Source: Parvularia atlantis
Lineage: Eukaryota
Length of the DNA stretch: 35,833 nucleotides
Direction of reading: 5' to 3'
Assembly (NCBI GenBank): GCA_943704415.1
Contig: CALSCO010001383.1
Coordinates: 1-35,833 of the forward strand
Made by a program: the position numbers and the translations under genes. Every line of letters begins with the position of its first letter. Within the stretch, counting starts at the first letter, position 1. Below are positions 22,901 through 33,587 of the stretch, one piece after another. The notes beneath the pieces were generated by a model. It saw only the letters and a program-made list of their open reading frames with translations. It was not told where the DNA came from and did no database searches.

Positions 22901-24253
22901 GACCGGGTGCGTCCGCGCCTCGCTGTCAGCGCGAGCGAGATTGACCCGCGCCTGCGCAGCGTCTACCGCGTAAGCGTCAAGTCGGAAAAGTCTGTAGCGA
23001 AGAAGGTGTCGCTGGACACGTCGACGGGTGCGTCCTAGTGCTGCATGCGCGCGCCTTGGCTGACAGCGCGACGCAGCGTACGTACGCGGGGAGGAGTTCC
23101 TGGGCGGGTGGCGGCCGCACGGCGAGTCGCTCATCAACGAGTTCCAGACGGACGTGGTGCGCGCGCGCGCCGGTCCTCTGCCGCGCCTTACAAGGCCTCA
23201 CTCATCGCGCGCGCGCGCGCGCGCAGCTCGAGCGCATCCAAAAGATGGCCGACGTCGAGTACGCGCGCCAATGGTGGAAGCTGCGCACGCACGTGCTGCC
23301 AGGCGACGCCGAGGGGCCTGCGGGTGGCAAGGACGGCGACGAGCTGGACGACCGCGAGCGGGTGCGCGTGCGAGCGCGTGCGACCGGCATTTTGCAGAGC
23401 GAACGCTCACTGCCGGCGGCGCTACAGGAGCTCGTCCTGCGCACGATCCGCGCGCTTCGTAACGAGATGCAGGTCGGCCGCGAGCGTGCGCGCTCGTTCC
23501 GGCACTCGCCGATGGTCCCGTCCAAGTCGGCAGACGACGTGCGTGCTGCCGGGCGGCGTATCGGGATGCGGGAACTGACGCGCCGGCGCGGGCAGGGGCT
23601 GGCGGACAAGCAGGAGCAGAGCATTGTGATCAGCGTCGAGCAGGTCACGGAAGTGTACGCGGCCGTCGCTTTCGCTTCGCTGTCACGGCGCGCGCACGCG
23701 CTAACAACGCGTCGCACAGCGACCGGGTGTCGATGCGCGGCTACCTCAACATCGCCGAGCACGAGGGCCGGTCCGAGGTTTGGACGCGCCGGTACTTCAA
23801 GATCCAGCGGCCGTACATGTTTGTCTACGACCACCAGCAGGACGGGGTCGAGCGGCGGATCATCAACCTGGCCGGGACAAAGCTAATCTACAGCGAGGAC
23901 CACGAGTCGATGCTCGGGGTGCGCTCGCCGTACCGGGTGCGTGTGCTGTCGTGCTCGTGCTCACGGCCGGCGCGCAGAAACCCTTCGTGTTTTCGCTCGC
24001 GCGCAAGAAGACGGGCTACCTGCTGCAGGCCGACAATCGCAAGGTCCTGTTTGAGTGGCTCGAGGCGATCGACCCGCTGTGCGCCTGCGCGTTGGCGGCG
24101 CGCTGTCGGCCGTGCGCTGACTGTGCTCTGCGCGCGCGGGCCAGGTTTGTCGGGACGTTGCGGTCGCGCACGGGCACTCTCTCGCGCGCCGCCGCCGCGC
24201 TCAACTCGCCCATCGGCTCAATCGGCCGCTCGCGCTCGGGCACGGTGCGCTGA
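16950..24253 (+). CDS. KIF1: Kinesin-3 motor, KIF1/UNC-104 type (motor, FHA, coiled coil, C-terminal PH), about 40 exons
   Basis: [65 protein letters not shown]-loop [49 protein letters not shown] domain [26 protein letters not shown]. Stop 24251-24253. Confidence 0.95.
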
Positions 24254-24377
24254 CGCCGCGCCCTCACCAGTAGTCTCGCCGTGTCTCTCTTTGTGTGCCG
24301 TATGCTCGCGGTGAGAGGGGAGGAAATTTGCGGCGTCGTCCGTCCGTCTCGGCCCCTCTCAACATCAACAGCGCGCT

Positions 24378-25216
24378 TCACTCGGCGTCGTCGCCCTCGC
24401 CCTGGTTGATGTTGTAGTACTTGATGGCGTACGTCTGCGCGCACGCGTGCGGGCGCGTGCGCACGCGGCGTCAGGCCGCACGCCCCGCGCCCGCCCCGCG
24501 TCACGCACGGCCTTGTCGGTCGCGACCAGGCGCATGTAGTCCTTGAGGCTCTTCTCTGCGCGGGCGCGGCTGCGGCGTGAGCACAGCGATGGAGGCGACA
24601 CGGGCGGGCGATCTGCGCACTCTTGAGGAACTTCTTGGACAGGTACTTGACGTAGTGCTTCGACATGGGCGCCTTGGACGTGACCTGCGGCCGGTGCGGC
24701 GTGAGGGGGGGGGGAGAGTAGAGCGAAAGAAGGGCGAGGTCGCACGTGAATCTTGTTGTCGTTGCGCTTGATGAAGACCTCGCCGTCGAGGTGGCCGACC
24801 TTCCCGCCGACCTTGATGTGCTCGGCCAGGTACTGCTGGAACGCGGCGCTGTCGAGCACGCCGTCGGCGGCGGGCACAGTGCAGTCGACGACGAAGCTGC
24901 GCCGTCGTCGTCAGCAGACGGAAGAAAGGCGCGGACAGCGGGCGCGCGCACCGCGACTTTTGGCCCTTCTTGCCGGCCTTCTTCTTGCCGGCGGCGCCCT
25001 TGCCCTTGGCGGCGACGGGCTGCGGCGGCGCGTCAGACGGCGCTCGACAGGGAAAGAAAAAGAAGAAAGAAAAAAGCGCGGCGACGCGCAAGGCAGCGAA
25101 GGGAGAAGACAGCGGAGGCGGCGCACCTTCTTGGCCGCGGGCGCCTTCTTGGCCTTGGGCGCGGCGGCGGCGGCGGGCGCGGCGGGCGCGGCGGCGGGCA
25201 CGACGGCGGTCGACAT
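24378..25216 (-). CDS. RPL22: 60S ribosomal protein eL22 with Ala/Lys/Pro-rich N-terminal extension, 6 exons
   Basis: RFVVDCTVPAADGVLDSAAFQQYLAEHIKVGGKVGHL, VTSKAPMSKHYVKYLSKKFLK, KSLKDYMRLVATDK, YAIKYYNINQGEGDDAE*. Confidence 0.93.
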
Positions 25217-25244
25217 ACGCGGCTCGAAGGCGGAGAGGGCGAGT

Positions 25245-25253
25245 GGAAAGAGG
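25245..25253 (-). promoter_or_regulatory. Candidate TCT/5'TOP polypyrimidine initiator (CCTCTTTCC) of RPL22
   Basis: Minus strand reads CCTCTTTCCACTCGCCCTCTCCGCCTTC about 30 nt upstream of the ribosomal protein ATG, matching the YCTYTYY consensus. Confidence 0.55.
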
Positions 25254-25393
25254 CCGGGGGCACGCGGGCCTGGCCAGCGCACCGTGGTCAGCCGAGGGGC
25301 ACGCGGGCGCGCCGGTCATCTAGCGCGTACACAGGCGCGCTAGGGTGCGCAGCGTGGCGCCGCAAGGGGGGAACGGCAATTCACCGGAACTCG

Positions 25394-28300
25394 ATGCGGG
25401 TGGTTCTGCTGCTGCTGCTGCTGCTGCTGGCCGCCGCGCTCGCTGCCGCGCACGAGGACGCGCGTCACGACGCGCCCGTGCCGAACGTGCACGGTGCGCG
25501 CGCGCTGCGCACGGCCGCGCCAGGCCGCATCAGCGCCATTCTCACGCACAACCACCAAAAAACCAAAAAAAAAAACGCAGAGATCCGCGCGGCGCGCGCG
25601 CGCTCGCTGCACAACTTCGAGGTCGTGGGCGCGGGCGGCGTGCGCGCGCTGCACCTGACGGCCAAGCGCACGGTGCTGCGGCGGCACGGCCTGCCCCAGC
25701 CCTTCCCCGACAAGCTGCAGGTGCAGCTGGACGCGTTCGACACGACCGTCTACTTTGACCTGGAGATCAACGAGCACCTGCTGCACCCGCAGGCGCGCAC
25801 GCGCCACTTTGACGCCGGCCGCGTGGTCGACGACAGCGCCGTCGAGCATCGCTACTACCGGTGCGCCGACGGGATGCGGGACGGGGCGGGGGACGGGACG
25901 GCGTGCACTGAACCCCCTGTGTCACACGCACAGCGGCACCGCGCGCTCGTCGCTCGGCGAGGGCTGGGCGCGCATCACCGTGCACGAGACGGCCGACGGC
26001 GACGCGCTCATCACCGGCGGCTTTGTGCAGAACGGCGACATGTACTACATCAAGACGCCCCAGCACTTTAACCAGATGACGGCGCGGGTGCGTCGCCCCG
26101 TGCCGCCTCGCGATGTCGCGCAGCCAGCCACTGATCGTACTGATCGTGCGATGACAGATCTCCGAGCGCGCAAAGTACGCCAAGAAGCGCGCGCTTGAGG
26201 ACGACGTGCGCATGGTCGTCTACCGCTCGTCCGACATCGAGGTGCGCCGGGCGCCGTCTCTCTGGGCTACCGGTCGCCGCTCACCGGCAGCGCAGGTCCA
26301 CGACCCGGGCGCGCACGTCTGCGGCGTGACGGACGAGCACGTGCAGGCGTTCCACTCGGACTTCCCGCGGCCGCTCGGTGCGCGCGCGCGTCCTTCGCCA
26401 GCGCGAGCTCACACGCGCTCGTCGGGCGCAGACAACTTCAACGCGTCCGACCTCGGCAGCGTCGTCCACGGCGTGCACAAGCGCCTGCCCACGGGCTGCT
26501 CCTCGAGCCTGCGCGTGCTGTATATGGTTCGTGCGCGCGACGCGCTCTTGCGAGGGCCGGGCGAGGATCGCTTATTGCGCGCGCGCGCGCGGGCAGGGCG
26601 TCGAGCTCGACGGCAACTACGTGATCAACTACGGAACGGTCGACAACGCGCGTGCGCAAGCCCTGACCGACTGGAACCTGGCGAACGAGGTCTACCAGGC
26701 ACAGTGCGTGCTCCGCGCGCACGTCCGGAAAGGCGGGCCGCGGCTGACACACCAGCGCGTGCACGCAGGTTCAACATCATCCTCGGCGTGCGCTCGCTCA
26801 ACACGCAGGCGACGGCCAACGGCAGCCCGGCCTGGAACGTGCAGTGCACGAACGGCCCGACGATCACGCAGCGCCTCAGCCTGTTCTCACAGTGGTGCGA
26901 CTGCTGCACGCTCCGTCTTCCTGCAATGTGCACTCACACGCGAGCATGCACGCCAGGCGCGGCTCGCAGTCGCAGGACTCTGGCCTGTACCACCTGCTGT
27001 CGACCTGCGCGACGCTGCCGACGATTGGCATCGCGTGGCTCAACCAGCTGTGCCAGGTGCGCGCGCGGGCGTCTTGTCGTGCGGCTCCTGACTGTGCACT
27101 ACATCGCAGCCGACCGCCTTCAGCCAGACGGCTGGCGATGGCTCAACGCAGTACGTCTCGGGCACGGCCGTCTCGACCGTGGTGGACGAGGAGTGGCTCG
27201 TCGTGGCGCACGAGACCGGTCACAACTTTGGTGCGCGCGCTCGCGCCCTTCACGCGGCACGGCTTACAGCCTCGGCCAGGCTCGGTGCACGATTGCACGG
27301 CGTCCACGTGCCCTGCGACCGGCAGCCCGCCGTCGTGCAACGCGTGCCAGCCGTGCAACTGCAACGGCCAAGTGCGTCTCGACCTGGGCCAAATTTGTGA
27401 TGTTGTGGCCTAACTGCGCCCTCAGTACATCATGAACCCGTCCGAAGCCGGTGGCGCGACCGCCTTCTCGCCGACGTCGCAGGCGCAGATCTGCCAGCGC
27501 TCGGCGGGGACGGGCAGCTGTCTCAAACGTGCGTGCGGGCCATTCTCGTCGCTGCTAGTTGTACTCACGCGCACGCACCCGCACGCTCAGCGCCTGGTGG
27601 CGCCACGATCCTCAACACGGGCATCTGCGGCAACGGCATCAAGGAGGGCAACGAGCAGTGCGACTGCGGCGGCACCGAGAGCTGCGACATAAACCCGTGC
27701 TGCTTCAACAACTGCACGCTCAAGCCCGGCGCGGCCTGCAACAAGTGCGTTGCGGGGCGCACGGCGACGCCCAGTGCTGACGCGCGCGCCCCCCGGTCGC
27801 AGCGACACCAACACGCCCTGCTGCAGGAACTGCCAGGTCGACGGCGACACGACCAAGGTGTGCCGCGCCGCGGTGGACCCGCAGTGCGACCTGCCCGAGA
27901 CGTGCAAGTGCGTCGGCGGCTTGCCCACGCACACATGCACATGCCCGCTGACGCGTCGCGCCGTCGTGTCAACAGCGGCGTCGACTTCACCTGCCCGCCC
28001 GACAACTACACCGCCAACGGCACGCCGTGCACGGGCAACGTCAGCTTCCCGACGACGCTGCGCTGCGCCTCGGGCGTGTGCACGAGCCGCCAGCTGCAGT
28101 GCTACGAGCGCGCACTGGCGACGGGCAATAGCGACGGGTACACGCAGGACTGCGGGCCGTTCTCGGGCTCGTGCCAGATGTTCTGCTCGTCGCCGATCGA
28201 GTCATGCACATTTTTCTACAGCATCTTCCTCGACGGCACGCCCTGCGGCAGTGGTGAGTGCATCGGCGGGCAGTGCACGGTGCCAGACCTGATCGAGACC

Positions 28301-28952
28301 ATCATCTCGTTCATCAAAGCCAACGTGGTCATGGTCGCCATTGGCGCGGCGATGGTCGGCATCCTCATCTTCGGCTTCCTCGTTTGGGGCTGCCAGAGCG
28401 CCGGCCGCAAGCAGGTCGACACGCGCTACGGCCGCATGACGCGCATGCAGGCCCTCCAGCGCTCGATGACCTTCCGGCGCGGCCACCCCGGTCAGCGCCC
28501 GTCCAACACCCCGGTCGTCCAAGGCGGGCGCAGCTCCCAGGCCTCGAGCAAGCCGCCCAATCGCAACTCGCCCCGGCCGTCGAGCGACAACCGCGCATCA
28601 GGCCCCAGCGCCACGCCGCCGCCATACGAGCCGCCGTCGTACGAGCTCGCTCCGATCCCGGCCCAGCCGCGGGTGCGTGCCGCGCGCACGTGCGCTTGCT
28701 TGCAGGCTGACGCTCTTTGCCTCGCGCACAGATCTCGAGCGACGGCCGCGCCAACAACATGCTCACGCCGGCCAACGACGGTGCGCGGTGCCGTTGCCTG
28801 CGCCGCGGCACAGCACTGACGCCGCGAGCGCAGGCGGTGCCGCTAGCGTCGGTCTCTCGACCTCGCCAGGTCGCATCCGCTGCCCGATCTGCAGCTCGAC
28901 CTTTGCGTCGGAGGCTCTGCTCAACACGCACATCGACATCGACCATAACTAA
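25394..28952 (+). CDS. ADAM-family (reprolysin/disintegrin) membrane metalloprotease, fungal-ADAM-like, multi-exon
   Basis: Signal peptide; prodomain with Cys-switch-like HVCG; VHKR processing site; HETGHNFG/SVHD zinc motif split by intron 27231-27279; Met-turn YIMNP; disintegrin ICGNGIKEGNEQCDCG..CRAAVDPQCDLPETC; TM; Pro-rich tail ending CPIC..H....H. Confidence 0.92.
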
Positions 28953-29077
28953 CGCAGCGGGTCGCGTGGGTTCAGCGCGCCTTTCGTCGCTCGGGCTGTT
29001 TTGTCCCTCCCGCGATTTGTCCCTACGTAGTCAGTGTTTGGCAGCCAGCGCAGAAACACAAACAGGAGCAGACGCGC

Positions 29078-30318
29078 TCACACGTCCGCGTCCATGTCGT
29101 CCGCGCCGAGGGACGCGCGCTGCGGCAGCTCCAAGTCCAGCAGGCCAGGGCCCGAGTCGCTCTCGATCTGTGGCCCGCGCACGGTTAGCGACGCACGCAG
29201 ACACTTGCGCAAAGCAGCGCACGGGCTCGGCGGGCAGTGCGGGCGCGGCGGCCGGACCGGCTGGCTCTGGAGCGCCGGCCACCGCGTCCATCTCGGCCTC
29301 CTCCTGCTGGCGGCGACGGCGCTGCGGTCGCCCGCGTGAGACACTGCGTTTGACGCACACGGCGCACGGTACACCTCGGCGAGCTTGGCCAGCGCCGCGG
29401 CCTTCTTGGCCTCGATCGAGTGCAGCTGGTTCTGCGTCAGCTGCTCGATCGCGGCGCCGCCCAGCGGCTGCACTCGGTCGAGCTGGTCGAAGATGTCGTC
29501 GTCGCCCGCGGGCGGCGGTGCTGCCGGCGCGGCCGCAGTCGCCGGCGCCGCGGGTGCCCCCGTGGTTGCGCCGTTGGCTGTCAGCGCCGCCTCGTCGTCC
29601 TCGTCCGCAATGATGTCGCCGTTCGCGAGGTGCTCGACCGACGTCGGGTCGATGCGCCAGCGCCGCAGGTAGATCTGGTCAGGGCGACGATGAGCTGAGC
29701 GGCTGGTCACGCCGCGCCGGCCACGCACCCTCATGCGGTTATCGGCGAGGACGCGCTCGGCGCGCAGGGCAAAGTCGCGCAGCTTGAACTTGCCGAAGCA
29801 CTTGTGCGCCCACTGCTCGTACATGCGCATGAGCAGGTGGAAGTCGTCGACCTGGCGCGCGCGGTGTTAGACGTCGACCGGGCGCGGCGGCGACGCGGCA
29901 CCTCGTGGCCCTTGCCCTTGAAGCGCAGCCGCGCGCGCATCCGGTGCAGCGCCAGCAGCCCGATGTCCTTGTTGAGCAGCCTGCGCCCATTGTGAGCGCG
30001 TGTTCGGGCGCCAGAGGGCAGAACGCACCGGTCGGCGTCGAGCCGCGGCGTCGCCCGCCGCACCTTGACGGGCGCGGGCGCCGGCGCGCCACCGTCCGCG
30101 TCGGGCCCGTCACCGCTGCTGCCGGTGCTGTCGCTGGCCGCCTCGGCGGCGCCGCGGGCCTCGAGCGCGGCGAGGTTGTGCCGCGTGGGCAGCTGGTACG
30201 CCGGCTTGTGCTGCGGCAGGGCGCCCGTGCGCGCCGCCAGCGTCGCCGTCGTCGGCGCCGTGAAGTTGAACTTTGGCGGGAGCGGCACGTCGTCGTCGTC
30301 GTCGTCGTCGTCGAGCAT
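29078..30318 (-). CDS. TIPIN: Replication fork protection component TIPIN/Swi3/Csm3, 6 exons
   Basis: RATPRLDADR/LLNKDIGLLAL..LRFKGKGHE/VDDFHLLMRMYEQWAHKCFGKFKLRDFALRAE; C-terminal LTQNQLHSIEAKKAAALAKL. Confidence 0.9.
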
Positions 30319-30502
30319 CGCTTTGAACCGTAGAGACCTTTTCGGCGCGCTTTCTGAAGCAAGGTAACTGGGGTTATCCGAAGTTGCGATCTCAAGGATA
30401 ATTAGGTTTAAAAAAGGCACTTTTGTAAGAGGCGTTCTGAGTCTGTGGATCGCGCCCAAGCATGCGTGCGGTCGATCCACATGGTACAACCAGCGACGGA
30501 AC

Positions 30503-30956
30503 TTACGATTCGTCGCCGTCCGCCCGCCCGCGGTCGACCGCAGGCACCGCCGGCGTCGCGAGCAGCGCCTGCTCCAGCTGCGCCTCGGTGCAGCGGTGCT
30601 TGAGTAGCAGGCGCCCGTCGAGGTGCAGCACAGGGATGTCGTAGAAGTCTGCGTGTGTGCGCGCACGTGAGCAGCCCGTTTGTGCCCGGCCGCGCGTGTG
30701 GATGCGCCGCACACTTGCGCCGCCAGCGCTCGTGCTGCGGCTGGTCGATGTCGACCTCGTCCAGGCGCACAGCGATGCCGCGCGGCGCGAGCTGCAGTGC
30801 ACGCGACATGGGTTGCTCAGCCGCCACCCCATCGCAGCACAACACGCGCTCAGGCAGCCCGCGCACCCGCTCGGCCACCACCTCGACCGCGTCGCGCACG
30901 TGGTGGCAGAGCGTGCACGAAGGCTTGGTGAAGAGCGTGAGCACGCGCAGGCGCAT
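30503..30956 (-). CDS. Glutaredoxin-like protein, DUF836 (C5orf63/YDR286C-like), 3 exons
   Basis: LTLFTKPSCTLCH (CxxC), LDEVDIDQPQHERWRRK/YFYDIPVLHLDGRLLLKHR. Stop TAA 30503-30505. Confidence 0.87.
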
Positions 30957-31001
30957 CCGGGCTCACAAGCGCAAGCGCATTACTGGGGTCGCGAAACAGG
31001 C

Positions 31002-31476
31002 ATGGCGGCTACGAGCGCAGCAGCCGCCCGCGCCAAGTCCTTCTTCGGCGTCGTCACGGCCCTGCCCAAGTTCGGCGTCGGCACGCGCCTCGCGCGGCGC
31101 CTGTGGCTGCGCTACCCGGACACGTACGTCACCGTCGAGCGCGTCAAGCCCGGCAAGGCGCGTCGGGCGGCGCCTCTCGCTCTTGCGCCGAGCGACTGAA
31201 CGAAGGTCTGCGCGCGCACAGAGCCTCCAGGGCGGCAAGGCGTGGGGCGTGATGACCTTCAAGGGTGCGTGCCGCGCGTGTGCCGTCGCGTGCCCCCTCG
31301 TCGCTGATGCCGAGGCTGGCGCAGGCACCGCCGTCGCGCGCGCGACCGAGATTCGCGGGCTGCGCAAGACCGACTGGGTGCTGTACGACCAGAGCAAGAC
31401 GCTCGCGCCCGCACCCGCGCCCACGCCGCCGCCGCCGCCACCCGCCGTCGCCGCCGTGCCACCATCTGCAGTGTAG
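31002..31476 (+). CDS. MRPS34: Mitochondrial ribosomal protein mS34, 3 exons (intron 1 is GC-AG, 31158-31221)
   Basis: SFFGVVTALPKFGVGTRLARRLW..YVTVERVKP, GKAWGVMTFKG, EIRGLRKTDWVL. Confidence 0.82.
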
Positions 31477-31495
31477 CGCTACGTACATGGCTCTC

Positions 31496-33542
31496 TCAGG
31501 CGCGCTTCGCCTGGCCCAGCAGTGACTCAAAGTCCGGCGTGACGATGAAGTGCCGCCGCGCCTGCCCGACCACGATCGCCTGGCCCGTCGCCGTGTTGAT
31601 CGCCGCGAGCTCCTCGACAAAGGCGCTGTCGGTGCCGGCCTCGACCTGGCCGCGACGTGCGCGCGTGAGGCGCAGCCATCGCACTCGCTGCAAGGGGGGT
31701 GCGAACCGCGTAGCTGTAGTTCTGCAGCACGAGGCGCATCTTGCCCGACCGGTGGATGATCAGCTGCCCGATCTTGCCCTCCTCCAGCTGCGGCACTTGC
31801 GACTGCGCGCGTGCAAGCATGAGTTACGCGCGTTATTATGCCCGCGGCGTGCTCACCGTGAAGCCGTCCGTGAGCGAAAAGTCCGACTCACCCGCCTCGC
31901 CCTTGTCGTCCGCCATCGCCAGCAACTTCTCGTCCGGCCCGAGAGCGAGGGCCGGCCCGCCCGCTGGCGCCGCCGTCGTCGCCGGCCCGCCCGCGGCATC
32001 GTCCTGCAACGCGTCGGCGCCAGGGGCCGCGAGCACTTTGTCCGGCTTGGGCACGGGCAGCGCCGCGGGGAAGTGGAAGTACACGACCTTCTCGCGGTCG
32101 CACGCCAGCTTGTCCTGTTGGCGCGCCGCGGGCGTCAGCGGGGCCCGCGTCACGCGCAGGCCGCTGCACGCACGTTCTCATCGATCTTAAACAGATGCGC
32201 CGCAGGTTCTCCGATAAGGTCCGTCACACGCACGTCAACGTCCATCGCGGCCCCGGCCGACGATGCCGACGCCGACGCCGACGCGGCGGTCGCATCCATC
32301 ACGTCGTCTAGCGGCTCGCCTGCGTGTGCTTGGTCAGACTGCGGAGGAAGCGAGGCCGTGTCACGGCATACGCACTCTTGACGCCCGGGACCGCGGCTGG
32401 TCTCCACGGCGTCGCCGGCAAGACGCTGGCGTCGACCGACGAGCTGCTCACGAGCGACACGGGCACCTCGGGGCCGCGCAGCATCTGCCGCGCGCGCGCA
32501 CGGCGTGAGCGCTGAGGGAAATTGGCACAGGCCGGTCGACCGAGCGCACGTGGATGGGCGTGTCGTTCTCCACAAACGGCACATGGATCTCGTGCGCGAG
32601 CATGTCGCTGCGCTTGCCGCGACCTGCGAACGAGCGGGTGTCGGTTGCAGAAGGGCACGGCAGCGACCGCGCACCACGCCCGCTCCCGCGCGGCGCCTTG
32701 GCTGCCGCCTTGGCCTGCGTCGGGACGCCCGCTCCGGCCGCGCCCGCGCCTGCCGCGTCGACGCCCCGCCCGCGCCCCCTCCCGCGCCCGCGGCCGGCAG
32801 CCACGACTGCCTCGCCCGGCTCCGGCTTGGGTGCGACGTGCGCGGGCGGCGGCCCTGCAGCCGAGCTGGCAGCGGCGTTCGGACTGCACCGCCCTCGCAT
32901 GTCAGCGCCCCTCCACGCGTTGTGTGCACGCACCTCTCGATCCGGCGCGGTCGGTCGGCGGGGATGGTCGGGACGAACTTTGGCTGCGAGGAGCGGCGCA
33001 GCGTGAGGCGCTTGCATCCCGTAAAGCAGGCGCCCCCAGCCGCACTTTAGTGCCGCCGACGCCCGGCCGCGGCGAGAGCGGCACGGCGGGCATCGCGATC
33101 GGGACGGCCGTGCTGCGGGCAGCAGATGAGCGCCCGCAAGCGATGGCGGACAGCAGCACACCGGACGACGGGCGGCGTCGCGCCGTGCTCAGTCTTGACC
33201 TGCACCGGCTGCGGCGGCCGCGCGGCCTGCTGCGGCGACGCGTGGCCCGCCGGCCGCGGCGACTGCCCGGGCGTGCGCAGCGGCGGCAGGCGCTGGCCCG
33301 CCGGCGATCCGTGCTGCGGCCGCGGCTGCTGCTGCTGGCTCGGGCGGACGGGCGGGCGCGGTGCGGGCGGCAGCTGACTGGGCGGCTGGGCGGGCGCGGC
33401 GCCGGTGCCGCTGGCGCCCACGCGGGCGGCCGTGGCCGTGCGCACGACGGGCACGCCGGCGTCGTCGCGCTGCGTGTGCACCCGCGCGCTTGAGTCCGGT
33501 TGCGCACAGGCAGCATGGCGCCCTGTCACACACCGCGGCCAT
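31496..33542 (-). CDS. POLR3D: RNA polymerase III subunit RPC4/C53, multi-exon with low-complexity N-terminus
   Basis: PKFVPTIP, RG repeats, VVYFHFPAALP, EGKIGQLIIHRSGKMRLVL, VEAGTDSAFVEELAAI..VVGQARRHFIVTPDFESLL. Start inferred as a 9-nt exon (MAA) at 33542. Confidence 0.85.
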
Positions 33543-33587
33543 GAGCAGAAGTTTCCGAACCCTTCCATCAGACACCAGCAACCCCTT

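Noticed and set aside
16950..24253. Introner-like mobile intron family
   Set aside because: Introns share only splice signals and low-complexity GC/CA filler; no extended mutual similarity or target-site duplications seen by eye.
30361..30440. Spliceosomal snRNA (U1/U5/U11/U12) or telomerase RNA
   Set aside because: Only partial look-alike words (GTTACCT, GCCTCTTAC, AAAAAGG, AAACCTAA); no exact conserved motif or clear Sm site. Kept only as a generic ncRNA candidate.
30444..30481. SECIS element in the 3' UTR of the glutaredoxin-like gene
   Set aside because: The protein has CxxC with no in-frame TGA, and the hairpin lacks the AUGA/GA quartet.
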